From positions 192,001-256,000 of the forward strand of contig CAWAXX010000017.1 of assembly GCA_963786105.1 (NCBI GenBank): a stretch of 64,000 nt of DNA, given 5' to 3'. The position numbers were made by a program, and so were the translations under genes. Origin of the DNA: Vulcanimicrobiota bacterium (GTDB lineage Bacteria; Vulcanimicrobiota; Vulcanimicrobiia; Vulcanimicrobiales; Vulcanimicrobiaceae). The notes beneath the pieces were generated by a model. The model was not told where the DNA came from, ran no database searches, and worked only from the letters and a program-made list of their open reading frames with translations. Below, piece after piece: positions 10,055 through 20,459 of the stretch (position 1 is its first letter; every line of letters begins with the position of its first letter).

Positions 10055-10121
10055 TTCGGCCGTGAGAATGGGAAGAGTTTTCATCGATACGGCGTTGCAC
10101 CTCGCGTGCAAAGGAGCATTA

Positions 10122-11153
10122 ATGCGGAAAAGACTTGCCCTAATGGCAGCGGCGCTTTTTGTCACGGCGATCCTCCCGGCAATGGCCGCAACGCAGCTGA
10201 CGGGCGCCGGCTCTACCTGGGATTACCCGTACTTCTCGAAGGCGTTTTACGAGTACAGCAAGAGCCACGGCGACGTGCAGGTCAACTACCAGTCCATCGG
10301 CAGCGGCGGCGGCATCGCGCAGTTCACGCAACGAACGGTTGACTTTGGTGCGACCGACGTGCCGATGAACGCCGGCGAGGTGAAGGCGGCCGAGGCTTCG
10401 GGTGGTCCCGTGCTGCAAGCGCCGGTAGTGCTTGGCGGCGTTTCGGTCATCTACAACGTCCCCGGCGTCGCGAGCGGGTTGCACTTGTCTGCCTCGGTTC
10501 TGGCAAATATCTTCTTGGGAAAGATCGCGAACTGGAGCGATCCGCAAATCGCCAAACTCAACGGCGGCATGAAGCTGCCGAACACGCCGATCGTGGTCGT
10601 CCATCGTTCCGACGGCTCGGGCACGACGTATATCTTCACCGACTATCTCAGCAACGTTTCGGCGGAATGGAAATCCAAGGTCGGCACCGGCAAGAGCGTT
10701 ACCTGGTCGGCTCCGAGCGCGATCGGCGGCAAGGGCAGCGAAGGGCTCGCAGGGCAAGTGACTAACAATCCGGGCGCCATCGGCTATGTGGAACTCGCCT
10801 ACGCCATCCAGAACAAGATGTCGCAAGCGACGTTACAGAATGCCGCTGGAAAATTCATTTCCGATGCCCCCGGCGGCGTTCGCGCGGCGGCGGCAGCGAA
10901 ACCCGACGTGAGCGCCACGAACTTCTCGATCGTCGACATGAAGTGCGCGACGTGCTACCCGATCGCCGGATACAGCTGGGTGGTCGTCTACGAAAATCCC
11001 GCGGACAAGGTGAAGGGAAAAATGCTGCAGCAGATTCTTACGTGGTTGACCGGTGACGACGCTCAGAAGATCGCCGGCGGACTGGACTACGTTCCGCTTC
11101 CCGATAACATCCAAGCGCTTTCGCACAAGACGCTTGCAAAGATGCACGTGTAG
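10122..11153 (+). CDS. pstS: Phosphate ABC transporter substrate-binding protein
   Basis: GAGST, YQSIGSGGG, HRSDGSGTT; SD AAGGAG before ATG 10122. Confidence 0.97.
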   Translation: MRKRLALMAAALFVTAILPAMAATQLTGAGSTWDYPYFSKAFYEYSKSHGDVQVNYQSIGSGGGIAQFTQRTVDFGATDVPMNAGEVKAAEASGGPVLQAPVVLGGVSVIYNVPGVASGLHLSASVLANIFLGKIANWSDPQIAKLNGGMKLPNTPIVVVHRSDGSGTTYIFTDYLSNVSAEWKSKVGTGKSVTWSAPSAIGGKGSEGLAGQVTNNPGAIGYVELAYAIQNKMSQATLQNAAGKFISDAPGGVRAAAAAKPDVSATNFSIVDMKCATCYPIAGYSWVVVYENPADKVKGKMLQQILTWLTGDDAQKIAGGLDYVPLPDNIQALSHKTLAKMHV

Positions 11154-11180
11154 CGAGTTTTCGGCCCATCGTGTGAAGGT

Positions 11181-11215
11181 AGGGGGCGCCTCGATCGTGT
11201 ATTGAGGCGTTCCTT
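11181..11215 (+). other. Intergenic stem-loop between pstS and pstC (probable mRNA stabiliser or partial terminator)
   Basis: AGGGGGCGCCTCGAT / ATTGAGGCGTTCCTT form a 15-bp stem including G-U pairs. Confidence 0.55.
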
Positions 11216-11233
11216 GTGCTCCGCCGTGAGGAC

Positions 11234-12163
11234 ATGAAGAATCGAAACTATGCCGCCATAGCTGCGGCGGATCGAATTTTTCTGCTGGTGGTGTACGCCG
11301 CTGCCGGACTGTTCGTGCTGCTCGTCGCCATGCTATTCGTGGAGCTGGTGCACGGATCGTGGCCGTCGATCCAAGCCTTCAAACTAAAGTTCCTGTGGAC
11401 GTCGGAATGGAATCCGGTGACCGGGCAGTTCGGCGCATTACCGCTCATATACGGCACGCTGGTCAGCTCTCTGATCGCCATCGTTTTAGCCGGCGTGGTC
11501 GGAGTATTGGCAGCGGCCTATCTAGCCGAGTTCGCACCCCGCTGGATTTCGCGACCGCTGGGGTTCGTGATCGAACTGCTGGCCGCCGTTCCCAGCGTCG
11601 TCTTCGGGTTGTGGGGCCTGTTCGTTCTCGCCCCGTTCGTGCGCACGATACTCGGACCGTTCTTGCAAAAGACGCTGGGATTCTTGCCGCTTTTTCAGGG
11701 TTCGATCAGCGGCGTCGGCATGCTAACGGCGGGGCTGATTCTCGCGTTGATGGTTTTGCCGACGGTTACGGCGATCAGCCGCGAAGTGATCGTGGCCATT
11801 GGAACGGATCTGCGCGAGGCGTCGATGTCGTTGGGGGCAACCAAGTGGGAAACCGTTGCCCGAGTGGTCCTCCCCGCATCCCGAGTGGGGATATTCGGCG
11901 CGATCGTACTGGCGCTTGGACGCGCGCTCGGCGAAACCATCGCGACCACCATGGTCATCGGCAACCGTCCCGAAATCGCGTCGTCGTTGTTCGCGCCGTC
12001 GTACACGTTGGCAAGCGTCATCGCCAACGAATTTACCGAAGCCAACGGCGCTGTGTATATCAGCGCGCTCATCGAACTGGGGCTGCTGCTGTTCATCGTG
12101 AGCTTTCTCGTGAACGCGTTGGCCCGATTGCTGCTGTGGGCCGTCTTGCGGGAGAAGGGCTAA
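11234..12163 (+). CDS. pstC: Phosphate ABC transporter permease PstC
   Basis: ELLAAVPSVVFGLWG, LGRALGET; operon position; alternative start GTG 11216. Confidence 0.96.
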   Translation: MKNRNYAAIAAADRIFLLVVYAAAGLFVLLVAMLFVELVHGSWPSIQAFKLKFLWTSEWNPVTGQFGALPLIYGTLVSSLIAIVLAGVVGVLAAAYLAEFAPRWISRPLGFVIELLAAVPSVVFGLWGLFVLAPFVRTILGPFLQKTLGFLPLFQGSISGVGMLTAGLILALMVLPTVTAISREVIVAIGTDLREASMSLGATKWETVARVVLPASRVGIFGAIVLALGRALGETIATTMVIGNRPEIASSLFAPSYTLASVIANEFTEANGAVYISALIELGLLLFIVSFLVNALARLLLWAVLREKG

Positions 12164-12164
12164 C

Positions 12165-13031
12165 GTGGCGTCGGCGCCGGCAAGCGGAGCGAAAGATCCG
12201 GTAGGATTCAGGCATGCGGTGAGCTTCATCGGTACGGCCGTTACGGCGGCATGCGCGTCACTGGGTGCGATCGCTCTGCTGGTGATTCTCGGCTACGTCG
12301 CCTTGCAGGGATTCCGCGCGATCGACGTCGCCTTTCTGACGCAGCTGCCGGTACCGGTCGGGGAACCGGGCGGCGGGGTTGCCAACGGCATTATCGGCAC
12401 TCTCATTACGGTTGGCGTGGCCGTGCTGATCGCGACCCCGTTAGGTTTGCTGTCGGGACTCTTTTTGGCACTGTTTGGACGCGGGTGGTTCCCGGAGGCG
12501 GTGCGTTTTCTCTCCGACGTGTTGTCGGGTATTCCGAGCATCGCCATCGGTTTGTTTGCATACACGTTGCTCGTCGCACCGTTCCGGCATTTTTCGGCGC
12601 TGTCGGCCTCCTTCGCCTTCGCGCTATTGATGCTGCCGCTCATCCTGCGGACGTCGGAAGAAGCCGTGCGCAGCGTTCCGCGCGCGATACGCGAAGGCGC
12701 GTTGGCATTAGGGTTGTCTGAAATCGCGTCGACGCTGCGCATCGTACTGCCGGCGGCGCGTCCGGCAATCATCACGGGCCTGTTACTGGCGATCGCGCGC
12801 GTCACCGGAGAGACCGCGCCCCTGCTCTTCACCGCCTTCGGCAGCCAGTTTTGGGAGCTCAACCCCACCCAACCGATGGCACAGCTTCCGTTGCAGGTGT
12901 TCACGTATGCGATTTCTCCGTATCAGAGTTGGCATCAGCAGGCGTGGGCCGGTGCGCTGCTGTTGATTCTCGCGGTGCTCGTGCTCAACGTAGTGGCGCG
13001 GCTAGTCTTGTCGCCGAAGGTGCAGCGATGA
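12165..13031 (+). CDS. pstA: Phosphate ABC transporter permease PstA
   Basis: GIPSIAIGLF, ARVTGETAPLLFT. Confidence 0.96.
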   Translation: MASAPASGAKDPVGFRHAVSFIGTAVTAACASLGAIALLVILGYVALQGFRAIDVAFLTQLPVPVGEPGGGVANGIIGTLITVGVAVLIATPLGLLSGLFLALFGRGWFPEAVRFLSDVLSGIPSIAIGLFAYTLLVAPFRHFSALSASFAFALLMLPLILRTSEEAVRSVPRAIREGALALGLSEIASTLRIVLPAARPAIITGLLLAIARVTGETAPLLFTAFGSQFWELNPTQPMAQLPLQVFTYAISPYQSWHQQAWAGALLLILAVLVLNVVARLVLSPKVQR

Positions 13032-13807
13032 GCGGGAACGCTGCGGCGCCATTGCGCGTCAACGAGCTAAGCGCCTACTACGGCACGCGTCAGGCGGTGG
13101 CCGATGTCACGATGTCATTTGCCGCAAACTCGGTGACGGCTTTGATGGGGCCGTCGGGATGCGGCAAGACGACCATTCTGCGATGCCTTAATCGGATCCA
13201 TGAAATCGCTCCGGGGGCGTACGCGCGCGGTCAGGTGCTCCTGGGCGGCGAGGACGTGTACGAAGCGAATATGAGCGTCATCGAGCTTCGCCGGCGCGTC
13301 GGTATGGTGTTTCAACGGGCGAACCCGTTCCCGACGCTCTCGATTCTCGGCAACGTGATGTCCGGCCTGAGCCGCGAGATTCCGTCGAGCGAAAAAACGC
13401 GAATCGCCGAAAAGGCGCTGCGTTCGGCAGTGCTGTGGGACGAAGTCAAGGACAAGCTGCAAAAGCCGGCCACCGCGCTATCGGGCGGCCAGCAGCAGCG
13501 GTTGTGCATCGCGCGGGCGCTGGCCGTTGAGCCCGAAGTGTTGCTGATGGACGAACCGACATCGTCGTTGGACCCGATTTCGACGCTCAGCATCGAGGAG
13601 CTCATGACCGCGTTGGCCGACGAGTATGCGATCGTGGTCGTTACGCACAACATGCAGCAAGCCGCGCGCGTGTCGGATTATTCCGCTTTCATGCTCGCCG
13701 ACGAGCACGGAGTCGGACGGCTGATCGAGATGGACGAGACTACCAAGATCTTCACTAAGCCGTCCGACCGGCGCACCGAAGACTACATCACGGGTCGCTT
13801 CGGCTGA
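13028..13807 (+). CDS. pstB: Phosphate ABC transporter ATPase PstB
   Basis: GPSGCGKT, LSGGQQQRLCIARAL, ends TEDYITGRFG; ATGA overlap with pstA. Confidence 0.97.
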   Translation: MSGNAAAPLRVNELSAYYGTRQAVADVTMSFAANSVTALMGPSGCGKTTILRCLNRIHEIAPGAYARGQVLLGGEDVYEANMSVIELRRRVGMVFQRANPFPTLSILGNVMSGLSREIPSSEKTRIAEKALRSAVLWDEVKDKLQKPATALSGGQQQRLCIARALAVEPEVLLMDEPTSSLDPISTLSIEELMTALADEYAIVVVTHNMQQAARVSDYSAFMLADEHGVGRLIEMDETTKIFTKPSDRRTEDYITGRFG

Positions 13808-13900
13808 GCGGCGTCGTCACGATCCCGGCGATCCTCGTCTAAGGGCGGGAACGCGAGATTGGCGGCGAAAGCATGACGCCCCGCGAGGGAGGAGGCTACG

Positions 13901-14641
13901 GTGTTTGAAGGACGGGTTGCAATTGTCACGGGCGGTCACCGCGGTATCGGTGCGGCCATCACCCAGATGCTGTGCGAAAAGGGCGCGTCAGTGGCGGCCG
14001 GGTACAGCCGCGGTCAAGAGAGCGCTCAGCGCTTCAAGGATCAGATGACGGCCAAGGGCGCAAAGGTTTCGATCCATCAGGGGCGCGTCGACGATACGGA
14101 CGACTGCAATCGTGTCTTCAAAGAAGTCATGGACGAGCACGGGCGCGTCGACTATTTGGTAAACAACGCCGGTATCACCATCGACAAGACGGTACGCAAA
14201 ATGACCGTCGACGACTGGCGCCAAGTGCTCAACGTCAATCTTTCAGGCGCCTTTCAAATGACCAAAGCGGTGCTGGAGCACATGATCGAGCGGGGCTCCG
14301 GCCGTATCGTGATGATCAGCTCGGTGATCGGCGAAACGGGAAACGTCGGCCAGGCGAACTATGCGGCGTCGAAAGCTGGGCTCTTCGGGCTGGTCAAGAG
14401 CTTGGCGCTGGAGATGGCGCAGCGTGGCATTACCGTCAATAGCGTCGCCCCCGGGTTCATCGCCACCGAGATGGTTGGGGCGATTCCGGAGGCCGTGCTC
14501 GCGAAGGTGATCGAAAAAATTCCCCAGCGGCGCCTCGGTAAGCCCGAGGAAGTAGCGCGCGTCGTGCGTTTTCTGCTCGAGGACGAAGCCAGCTATATCA
14601 CCGGCGCGGTGTACAACGTCAACGGCGGCTTGGATATGTAA
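13901..14641 (+). CDS. phaB: Acetoacetyl-CoA reductase / 3-oxoacyl reductase (SDR), PhaB-like
   Basis: TGGHRGIG, NNAGIT, GQANYAASK, ends NGGLDM; strong SD. Confidence 0.7.
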   Translation: MFEGRVAIVTGGHRGIGAAITQMLCEKGASVAAGYSRGQESAQRFKDQMTAKGAKVSIHQGRVDDTDDCNRVFKEVMDEHGRVDYLVNNAGITIDKTVRKMTVDDWRQVLNVNLSGAFQMTKAVLEHMIERGSGRIVMISSVIGETGNVGQANYAASKAGLFGLVKSLALEMAQRGITVNSVAPGFIATEMVGAIPEAVLAKVIEKIPQRRLGKPEEVARVVRFLLEDEASYITGAVYNVNGGLDM

Positions 14642-14649
14642 GCCGTCCC

Positions 14650-15108
14650 GTGACGCATCGTCCGCCGTTTAGTCTCGAAGCCCTCGATCACGTGCTCCTG
14701 TTGGTGCGCGGGATGGAGGGCTCGCTCGTATTCTATGAAGACGTGCTGGGCGCGCGTGCCGAGTCGCATCTGCCGCAATACGCGATGGTCGAGCTGCGCG
14801 TCGGGACGTCGCACCTGGATCTGGTAGACGTCGCCGCGCCTGAAGGGCGATGGGCCCTTCCGGGCGTGGACGGGGGGCGGAACGTCGACCACATCGCGCT
14901 GAAGGTCGGCGCGTGCGACGAAAACGAGCTGCGGCGGCACCTCGCGGTACACCACGTTCCGATCCTCGAAGAGCGCGCCGAGGAGGATGCCCGCGGAGCC
15001 ATCTTGTCGCTGTATGTCCGCGATCCGTCCGGGAATGTCGTCGAACTCATAGCGCGCGCCGGCGGCCCGGACTATGCCGGGCGTGAGGTAGAGACGAACT
15101 CCATATAG
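14650..15108 (+). CDS. VOC/glyoxalase family protein
   Basis: LDHVLL...FYEDVLG, VDHIAL, YVRDPSGNVVE. Confidence 0.88.
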   Translation: MTHRPPFSLEALDHVLLLVRGMEGSLVFYEDVLGARAESHLPQYAMVELRVGTSHLDLVDVAAPEGRWALPGVDGGRNVDHIALKVGACDENELRRHLAVHHVPILEERAEEDARGAILSLYVRDPSGNVVELIARAGGPDYAGREVETNSI

Positions 15109-15779
15109 TAGGCGGTGCGGTCCGCGCTCGGTGCGCCGTAGTAGCGTGAGATCACGTGGAGCGCTGCGGAGATTCCCGACGTGAGACCGCCCGCGGTTAC
15201 GATGCTGCCGTTATCGACGAAACGCTGACCGCGTACGAGGCGTACCTTGGGAAACTGTTTCGCGAACCGATCGTAGAAGTCGTGGTGAGTCGTTGCCGAT
15301 CTGCCGTCGAGAATTCCGGACTCGGCGAGCTTGAACGCGCCGGTGCAAACCGACAACGTGACGTCAACTTTTCCCTGTGCGTTACGAAGAAACTCCATGA
15401 ACCTCTTGGAGCGAGTGGATTGCGCGCCGACGACGATGACGTTGGGCCAAGCTGGAAGGGTATCGAACGTATACTTCGGCTCGATTCGCAGGCCTCCAGC
15501 GATCTCGATGACGTCGCTGGTCTCGCCGACGGTTGCGAGTTCGAAGGGCGTACCGCCGTTGGGAAACCACACGTCGCCGAACGCTTCCCACGGGCCGGCG
15601 AAATCGATCAGGTTGGCGTATTTCGAGACGACGAAAGCCACCGTGATGCGGCCGCTCTTCGGAACTGCGAGCGGTGCCGCGGGGGAATCGGTGGAGGGAG
15701 TTTGCGCCGCGGCCTTCGCAGCCGTCCCGAGCGTGAGTCCACCGATGAGGGCCGCGCCCAGAGCCTGTCGTCTGTTCAT
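15072..15779 (-). CDS. Tat-exported DJ-1/PfpI family protein
   Basis: MNRRQAL Tat signal; DFAGPWEAF, SVCTGA, TAGGLTSG. Confidence 0.88.
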   Translation of the reverse strand: MNRRQALGAALIGGLTLGTAAKAAAQTPSTDSPAAPLAVPKSGRITVAFVVSKYANLIDFAGPWEAFGDVWFPNGGTPFELATVGETSDVIEIAGGLRIEPKYTFDTLPAWPNVIVVGAQSTRSKRFMEFLRNAQGKVDVTLSVCTGAFKLAESGILDGRSATTHHDFYDRFAKQFPKVRLVRGQRFVDNGSIVTAGGLTSGISAALHVISRYYGAPSADRTAYYMEFVSTSRPA

Positions 15780-15811
15780 GCCTCTAGTATGAGGGGTGAG
15801 TGACGATCTTG

Positions 15812-15851
15812 CTTGAACGGTTCCTCACGACCCCGGTTAAAATCGTTCAAG
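15812..15851. promoter_or_regulatory. Inverted pair of putative AraC-family binding sites between divergent genes
   Basis: CTTGAACGGTT (15812) and AATCGTTCAAG (15841): 10/11 inverted match. Confidence 0.5.
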
Positions 15852-15888
15852 ACGGCGAATTCACAGAGGGTCGATGATAGGCGCCGTG

Positions 15889-16716
15889 ATGGAAAAACTG
15901 CAGCCAGGCAAGTGGTACGGACGAGTCGAACGCAGCCGGACGATCGGGGGCGTCCTTCTATCCGTCGTATATCACGATGTGTCTCGATCGATCGGTTTGC
16001 ACGAGCACACGCTGTCGTATTTCTTGCTTCCGTTTGCCGGCGGTTACCAGGAAACGCACGATGGGGTAACCATCGAGTACGATCCGTTCAGCATCGCGTT
16101 CCATCCGGCCGGATTCGTCCATTCCGATCAGATTCGTGGCCCCGAAAAGTTTTTTGCCATCGAGTTACAGCCGGAATGGCAATCGCGGGTCGGGCATTTG
16201 TTCGACGTCTCCGCTTGGCGATTCGAACTGCAACACGGCGAAGCGGTGTGGTTGGCGGTTAAGTTACTCCAGCGCTTTCTCCATGACGAGATCGACGACG
16301 TGTTGGAGGTGGATGCGGTCGTTTCTGAGATGCTGGGTATCGCGTTACGCATGGTCGATCGAGATCGCCCCCAACGTGCGTGGGTGGCCGAGGTGAAGCG
16401 TTTGCTTCGGGAAGGTTATACCAACCGTGTCTCCCTGGAAGAGCTAGGAGAGCGAATCGGCATTCATCCGGCATCGCTTTCACGCGGTTTTCGGCTCGAT
16501 GAAGGGCTCACCGTCGGCGAATACCTCAGTCGCATGCGCGTGCAGCAGGCATGCCGGCAAATGGCCGATTCGAACGTAACGCTTGCGCAAGTTGCCGCCG
16601 GCTGTGGATTTGCCGATCAAAGCCACCTCACGCGGGTGTTTAAGTCGATCACGGGGTCGGCTCCCGGCGTTTTTCGCGACCTCGTTTCGAACCGTTCCTA
16701 TTCGGGCTACTCGTAG
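15889..16716 (+). CDS. AraC family transcriptional regulator
   Basis: Cupin HEH motif and C-terminal [13 protein letters not shown]; alternative start 15874. Confidence 0.92.
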   Translation: MEKLQPGKWYGRVERSRTIGGVLLSVVYHDVSRSIGLHEHTLSYFLLPFAGGYQETHDGVTIEYDPFSIAFHPAGFVHSDQIRGPEKFFAIELQPEWQSRVGHLFDVSAWRFELQHGEAVWLAVKLLQRFLHDEIDDVLEVDAVVSEMLGIALRMVDRDRPQRAWVAEVKRLLREGYTNRVSLEELGERIGIHPASLSRGFRLDEGLTVGEYLSRMRVQQACRQMADSNVTLAQVAAGCGFADQSHLTRVFKSITGSAPGVFRDLVSNRSYSGYS

Positions 16717-18047
16717 TCGGGCGCGCGCTCGTCCGGCGGCCGGGTCATGAAGAACGAGGGGGCTTTCGGCGCCTTGATGGGTACGAACTTCCGCGGCGGT
16801 TTGGTGAAATCGAAACAATCGCCGGCAGGTGAGTTTGCTCGAGTGTCGCTGGCGGCCAGCTGCCCGAGACCGAAAACGTCTTCGGCAAATCGCAAAATGC
16901 TTCCGGTTTCGTACTGTACGTGGGAAACGTGGCCGTGCTTGGCATACGGCGAGATGACCAGAAGCGGCACCCGAAAGCCGAGACCGTCGTAATCCAGATG
17001 CGGCGGCGGCACGTGATCGTAGAGGCCGCCCCAGTCGTCCCACATCACGAAGATCGCCGTTGAGTCCCAGAACTTGCTTTGACCTACGGCGTTGACGAGC
17101 GACGTCACCCACGAGGGACCGAATCCGCCGCCGCAGTTCACGTGATCGGATTCCTCGCACGTCGGAGTAATCCAGGTAACGTTCTCGAGCGTGCCGGCAG
17201 CGACGTCGGTGATGAACTGCTTTTGAGGTGTGATCACGTCTTGCTTCCAATCGGGACCGTCGCGGATGTGCTTGACCGCCTGGTAGCCCGACCACACGTA
17301 GTTGCCGAAGTGGCTGATGTTGCTCGAATAGAATCGCCACGTCAAGCCCGCTTTGTCGAGTTCGTCGCCGAGCGTCGTGTAGTCGAAACACGGCCTCTGC
17401 CCCTTGCCGACCGTGCGCTGCTGGGTGATCGTCGTCACCGTGTCGCCAGGTCCGCCGTCGCATCCCCAATCCCCCCAGGGGATATTGACGCTCGACCGCG
17501 CTTGGGCGGCGATGATGTATTGGTGCGACACGAAGCTTTCGTCGAGATGCGATTGGAACATGCGATCGCCCACCACCCACTCGTGCGCCATGTCGAAGTA
17601 CGGCTGCGATTCGTCGTGCGGCACGTACACGTACTCAGGGTTTTTAGGGCTCTTAGGGTTTCCGAAAGTCTGTTCCTTATTGAAACCGTCGTTTCGGCAG
17701 TTCGTTCCCGGCAGTTTTCCGGTTCCGTTGCAGGCTGCGATCATCGCGCTCAACGAGTGGTCGATGACGTACTTCGTTGCCAGACTCACCGGCGCAAGCG
17801 TAATGGTTTGTCCCAAAGAGTTCTTGCCGCGGGGAACCGTGTCGGCCCCCGGATACCCTTGGAAGAGATTGTCGAAGCTGCGGTTCTCTTGAATAATAAT
17901 AACGACGTGTTTGATCGGACTGGAGCTCGTCGCCGGGCGCGCGACGCCCGGCGGGACGGTGGAGCTCCCAGGCGTTTGAGAAAATGGAGTGCTGCAAGCC
18001 GTTGCAAAGGCAACGGCGAGCACGGCCGCGAGCGCATTTTTCATCAT
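16707..18047 (-). CDS. Phosphoesterase (phospholipase C/acid phosphatase AcpA family) lipoprotein, copy 1
   Basis: [40 protein letters not shown]; lipobox ATAC; GGAGG before ATG 18047. Confidence 0.92.
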   Translation of the reverse strand: MMKNALAAVLAVAFATACSTPFSQTPGSSTVPPGVARPATSSSPIKHVVIIIQENRSFDNLFQGYPGADTVPRGKNSLGQTITLAPVSLATKYVIDHSLSAMIAACNGTGKLPGTNCRNDGFNKEQTFGNPKSPKNPEYVYVPHDESQPYFDMAHEWVVGDRMFQSHLDESFVSHQYIIAAQARSSVNIPWGDWGCDGGPGDTVTTITQQRTVGKGQRPCFDYTTLGDELDKAGLTWRFYSSNISHFGNYVWSGYQAVKHIRDGPDWKQDVITPQKQFITDVAAGTLENVTWITPTCEESDHVNCGGGFGPSWVTSLVNAVGQSKFWDSTAIFVMWDDWGGLYDHVPPPHLDYDGLGFRVPLLVISPYAKHGHVSHVQYETGSILRFAEDVFGLGQLAASDTRANSPAGDCFDFTKPPRKFVPIKAPKAPSFFMTRPPDERAPDYE

Positions 18048-18659
18048 ATCGTCGACCTCCAAGCTATTCGTAGTCGGGCGCGCGCTCGTCCGGCGCCCGG
18101 GTCATGAAGAACGAGGGGGCTTTCGGCGCCTTGATGGGTACGAACTTCCGCGGCGGTTTGGTGAAATCGAAACAATCGCCGGCAGGTGAGTTTGCTCGAG
18201 TGTCGCTGGCGGCCAGCTGCCCGAGACCGAAAACGTCTTCGGCAAATCGCAAAATGCTTCCGGTTTCGTACTGTACGTGGGAAACGTGGCCGTGCTTGGC
18301 ATACGGCGAGATGACCAGAAGCGGCACCCGAAAGCCGAGACCGTCGTAATCCAGATGCGGCGGCGGCACGTGATCGTAGAGGCCGCCCCAGTCGTCCCAC
18401 ATCACGAAGATCGCCGTTGAGTCCCAGAACTTGCTTTGACCTACGGCGTTGACGAGCGACGTCACCCACGAGGGACCGAATCCGCCGCCGCAGTTCACGT
18501 GATCGGATTCCTCGCACGTCGGAGTAATCCAGGTAACGTTCTCGAGCGTGCCGGCAGCGACGTCGGTGATGAACTGCTTTTGAGGTGTGATCACGTCTTG
18601 CTTCCAATCGGGACCGTCGCGGATGTGCTTGACCGCCTGGTAGCCCGACCACACGTAGT
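16741..18659. repeat. Direct repeat: about 560 bp apparently identical between 16741-17302 and 18098-18659
   Basis: Offset 1357 bp; read as identical by eye, and the ORF track shows identical shadow ORFs in both copies. Confidence 0.9.
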
Positions 18660-19392
18660 CGACGTAGTCGTTGATGTTGCTCGAATAGAATCGCCACGTC
18701 AAGCCCGCTTTGTCGAGTTCGTCACCGAGCGTCAGGTAGTCGAAGCACGCCCGCTGATATTTGCCGATCGCGCGTTGCGAATTGATCGTTGGCACCGTGT
18801 CGCTCGGTCCGCCGTCGCATCCCCAATAACCGGCCGGCAGATCGACGCTCGATGCGGCTTGGGCGGCGATGATGTATTGGTGCGACACGAAGCTTTCGTC
18901 GAGATGCGATTGAAACATGCGATCGCCCACCACCCACTCGTGCGCCATGTCGAAGTACGGCTGCGATTCATCGTGCGGCACGTACACGTATTCAGGATTC
19001 TTGGGGCCGCCGTAGGTCCGTTCCTTATTGAAACCGTCGTTTCGGCACTTCGTTCCCGGCAGTTTTCCGGTTCCGTTGCAGGCTGCGGTCATCGCGCTCA
19101 ACGAGTGGTCGATGACGTATTGGGTTGCCAGGCTTACCGGTGCAAGCGCGATGGTTTGTCCCAAGGAGTTCTTGCCGCTCGGAACCGTGTCGGCCCCCGG
19201 ATACCCTTGGAAGAGATTGTCGAAGCTGCGGTTCTCTTGAATAATAATAACGACGTGTTTGATCGGACTGGAGCTCGTCGCCGGGCGCGCGACGCCCGGC
19301 GGGACGGTAGAGCTCCCAGGCGTTTGAGAAAATGGAGTGCTGCAAGCCGTTACAAAGGCAACGGCGAGCACGGCCGCGAGCCGCTTAACCAT
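18064..19392 (-). CDS. Phosphoesterase (phospholipase C/acid phosphatase AcpA family) lipoprotein, copy 2
   Basis: Same motifs as copy 1; lipobox VTAC; alternative start 19410. Confidence 0.92.
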   Translation of the reverse strand: MVKRLAAVLAVAFVTACSTPFSQTPGSSTVPPGVARPATSSSPIKHVVIIIQENRSFDNLFQGYPGADTVPSGKNSLGQTIALAPVSLATQYVIDHSLSAMTAACNGTGKLPGTKCRNDGFNKERTYGGPKNPEYVYVPHDESQPYFDMAHEWVVGDRMFQSHLDESFVSHQYIIAAQAASSVDLPAGYWGCDGGPSDTVPTINSQRAIGKYQRACFDYLTLGDELDKAGLTWRFYSSNINDYVDYVWSGYQAVKHIRDGPDWKQDVITPQKQFITDVAAGTLENVTWITPTCEESDHVNCGGGFGPSWVTSLVNAVGQSKFWDSTAIFVMWDDWGGLYDHVPPPHLDYDGLGFRVPLLVISPYAKHGHVSHVQYETGSILRFAEDVFGLGQLAASDTRANSPAGDCFDFTKPPRKFVPIKAPKAPSFFMTRAPDERAPDYE

Positions 19393-19562
19393 AAGACCAC
19401 GCACCTCCATTGGGGACGACGCTTTGAGAAGGGCCCGCTTCCGCGATCTCGGCCGGCTCTCCTAGGAATCACGTTCTTCACAAACGTGAAACCGCTCGCG
19501 TGCACCTACAGGTGGGCGTCTTCAAACGGACGTATCTCAGGAAAGCTGTTCGGGAGGCTTCG

Positions 19563-20459
19563 ATGACGACGATCGCGTGTGGGGCGGGTGCGCGCAAGAG
19601 CGTGGCATCCGCACTTTTCGGAAGCGCGCTGCTGATGGCTTGCGCCGATCCCGGGTTCGCGGCGTCCCACGTTGCGTCGCATGCAGCGGTCGCAACACCG
19701 CATAATACGGCGCCGCACGCCGCGAACGTCGTGGTCGTTATGATGGAGAACCGAGATTACAGCCTCATCATCGGGAATTCCCAGGCTCCGTACATCAACG
19801 GAACGTTGGTACCGCAAGCGGCGCTCATGACAAACAGTCATGCGATCGTCCATCCGAGCGAGCCCAACTATCTCGCCTTTTTCTCCGGATCGACCCAAGG
19901 CGTTCGCGACGATTCGTGCCCGCAAACGTTTTCGACGGAAAACGTCGGGGCCGAACTTCTTGCAGCGGGCAAAACGTTCGACGGATACTCGGAGTCGATG
20001 CCATCCAACGGGTATACAGGGTGCTGGGCGGACAAATATGCCCGAAAGCACAACCCGTGGGTGGACTTTTCCAACGTCCCGGCGTCGTCGAACCTCGTCT
20101 ATAGCGGCTTTCCGAGCAGTCCACCGACGGTAGCGATCGTCGTTCCGAACCTCTGCAACGACATGCACGACTGCAGCACCCGGATCGGCGATGACTGGCT
20201 AAAGGTGAATCTGCCGCCGATTCTCAAGTACGACAACGCTCACGGCGGCTTGCTGATCCTCACGTGGGATGAGGCCGATCCCGACCAAAACGGAAAGAAT
20301 CAAATCGCCACCTTGCTAATCGGACCGACGATCGCGCCCGGTTCGTATAACCAGCTCGTCAATCATTATTCGGTGCTGCGCACCATCGAGGCGATCGCCG
20401 GCGTTCCCTGCACGGCCAATGCCTGTCAGGCGGTCGAGTTGCAGAAGATGTGGCGCTGA
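19563..20459 (+). CDS. Secreted acid phosphatase / phosphoesterase family protein
   Basis: VVVMMENR, HPSEPNY, YARKHNP, NDMHD, TWDE, NHYSVLRTIE. Confidence 0.88.
   Translation: MTTIACGAGARKSVASALFGSALLMACADPGFAASHVASHAAVATPHNTAPHAANVVVVMMENRDYSLIIGNSQAPYINGTLVPQAALMTNSHAIVHPSEPNYLAFFSGSTQGVRDDSCPQTFSTENVGAELLAAGKTFDGYSESMPSNGYTGCWADKYARKHNPWVDFSNVPASSNLVYSGFPSSPPTVAIVVPNLCNDMHDCSTRIGDDWLKVNLPPILKYDNAHGGLLILTWDEADPDQNGKNQIATLLIGPTIAPGSYNQLVNHYSVLRTIEAIAGVPCTANACQAVELQKMWR

Noticed and set aside
9942..10120. T-box riboswitch upstream of thrS
   Set aside because: The 180-bp gap is shared with the pstS promoter and shows no T-box consensus or terminator.
16707..19410. Diversity-generating retroelement template/variable repeat pair
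   Set aside because: Differences are not adenine-restricted and include an in-frame indel; both copies are full genes; no reverse transcriptase in the window.
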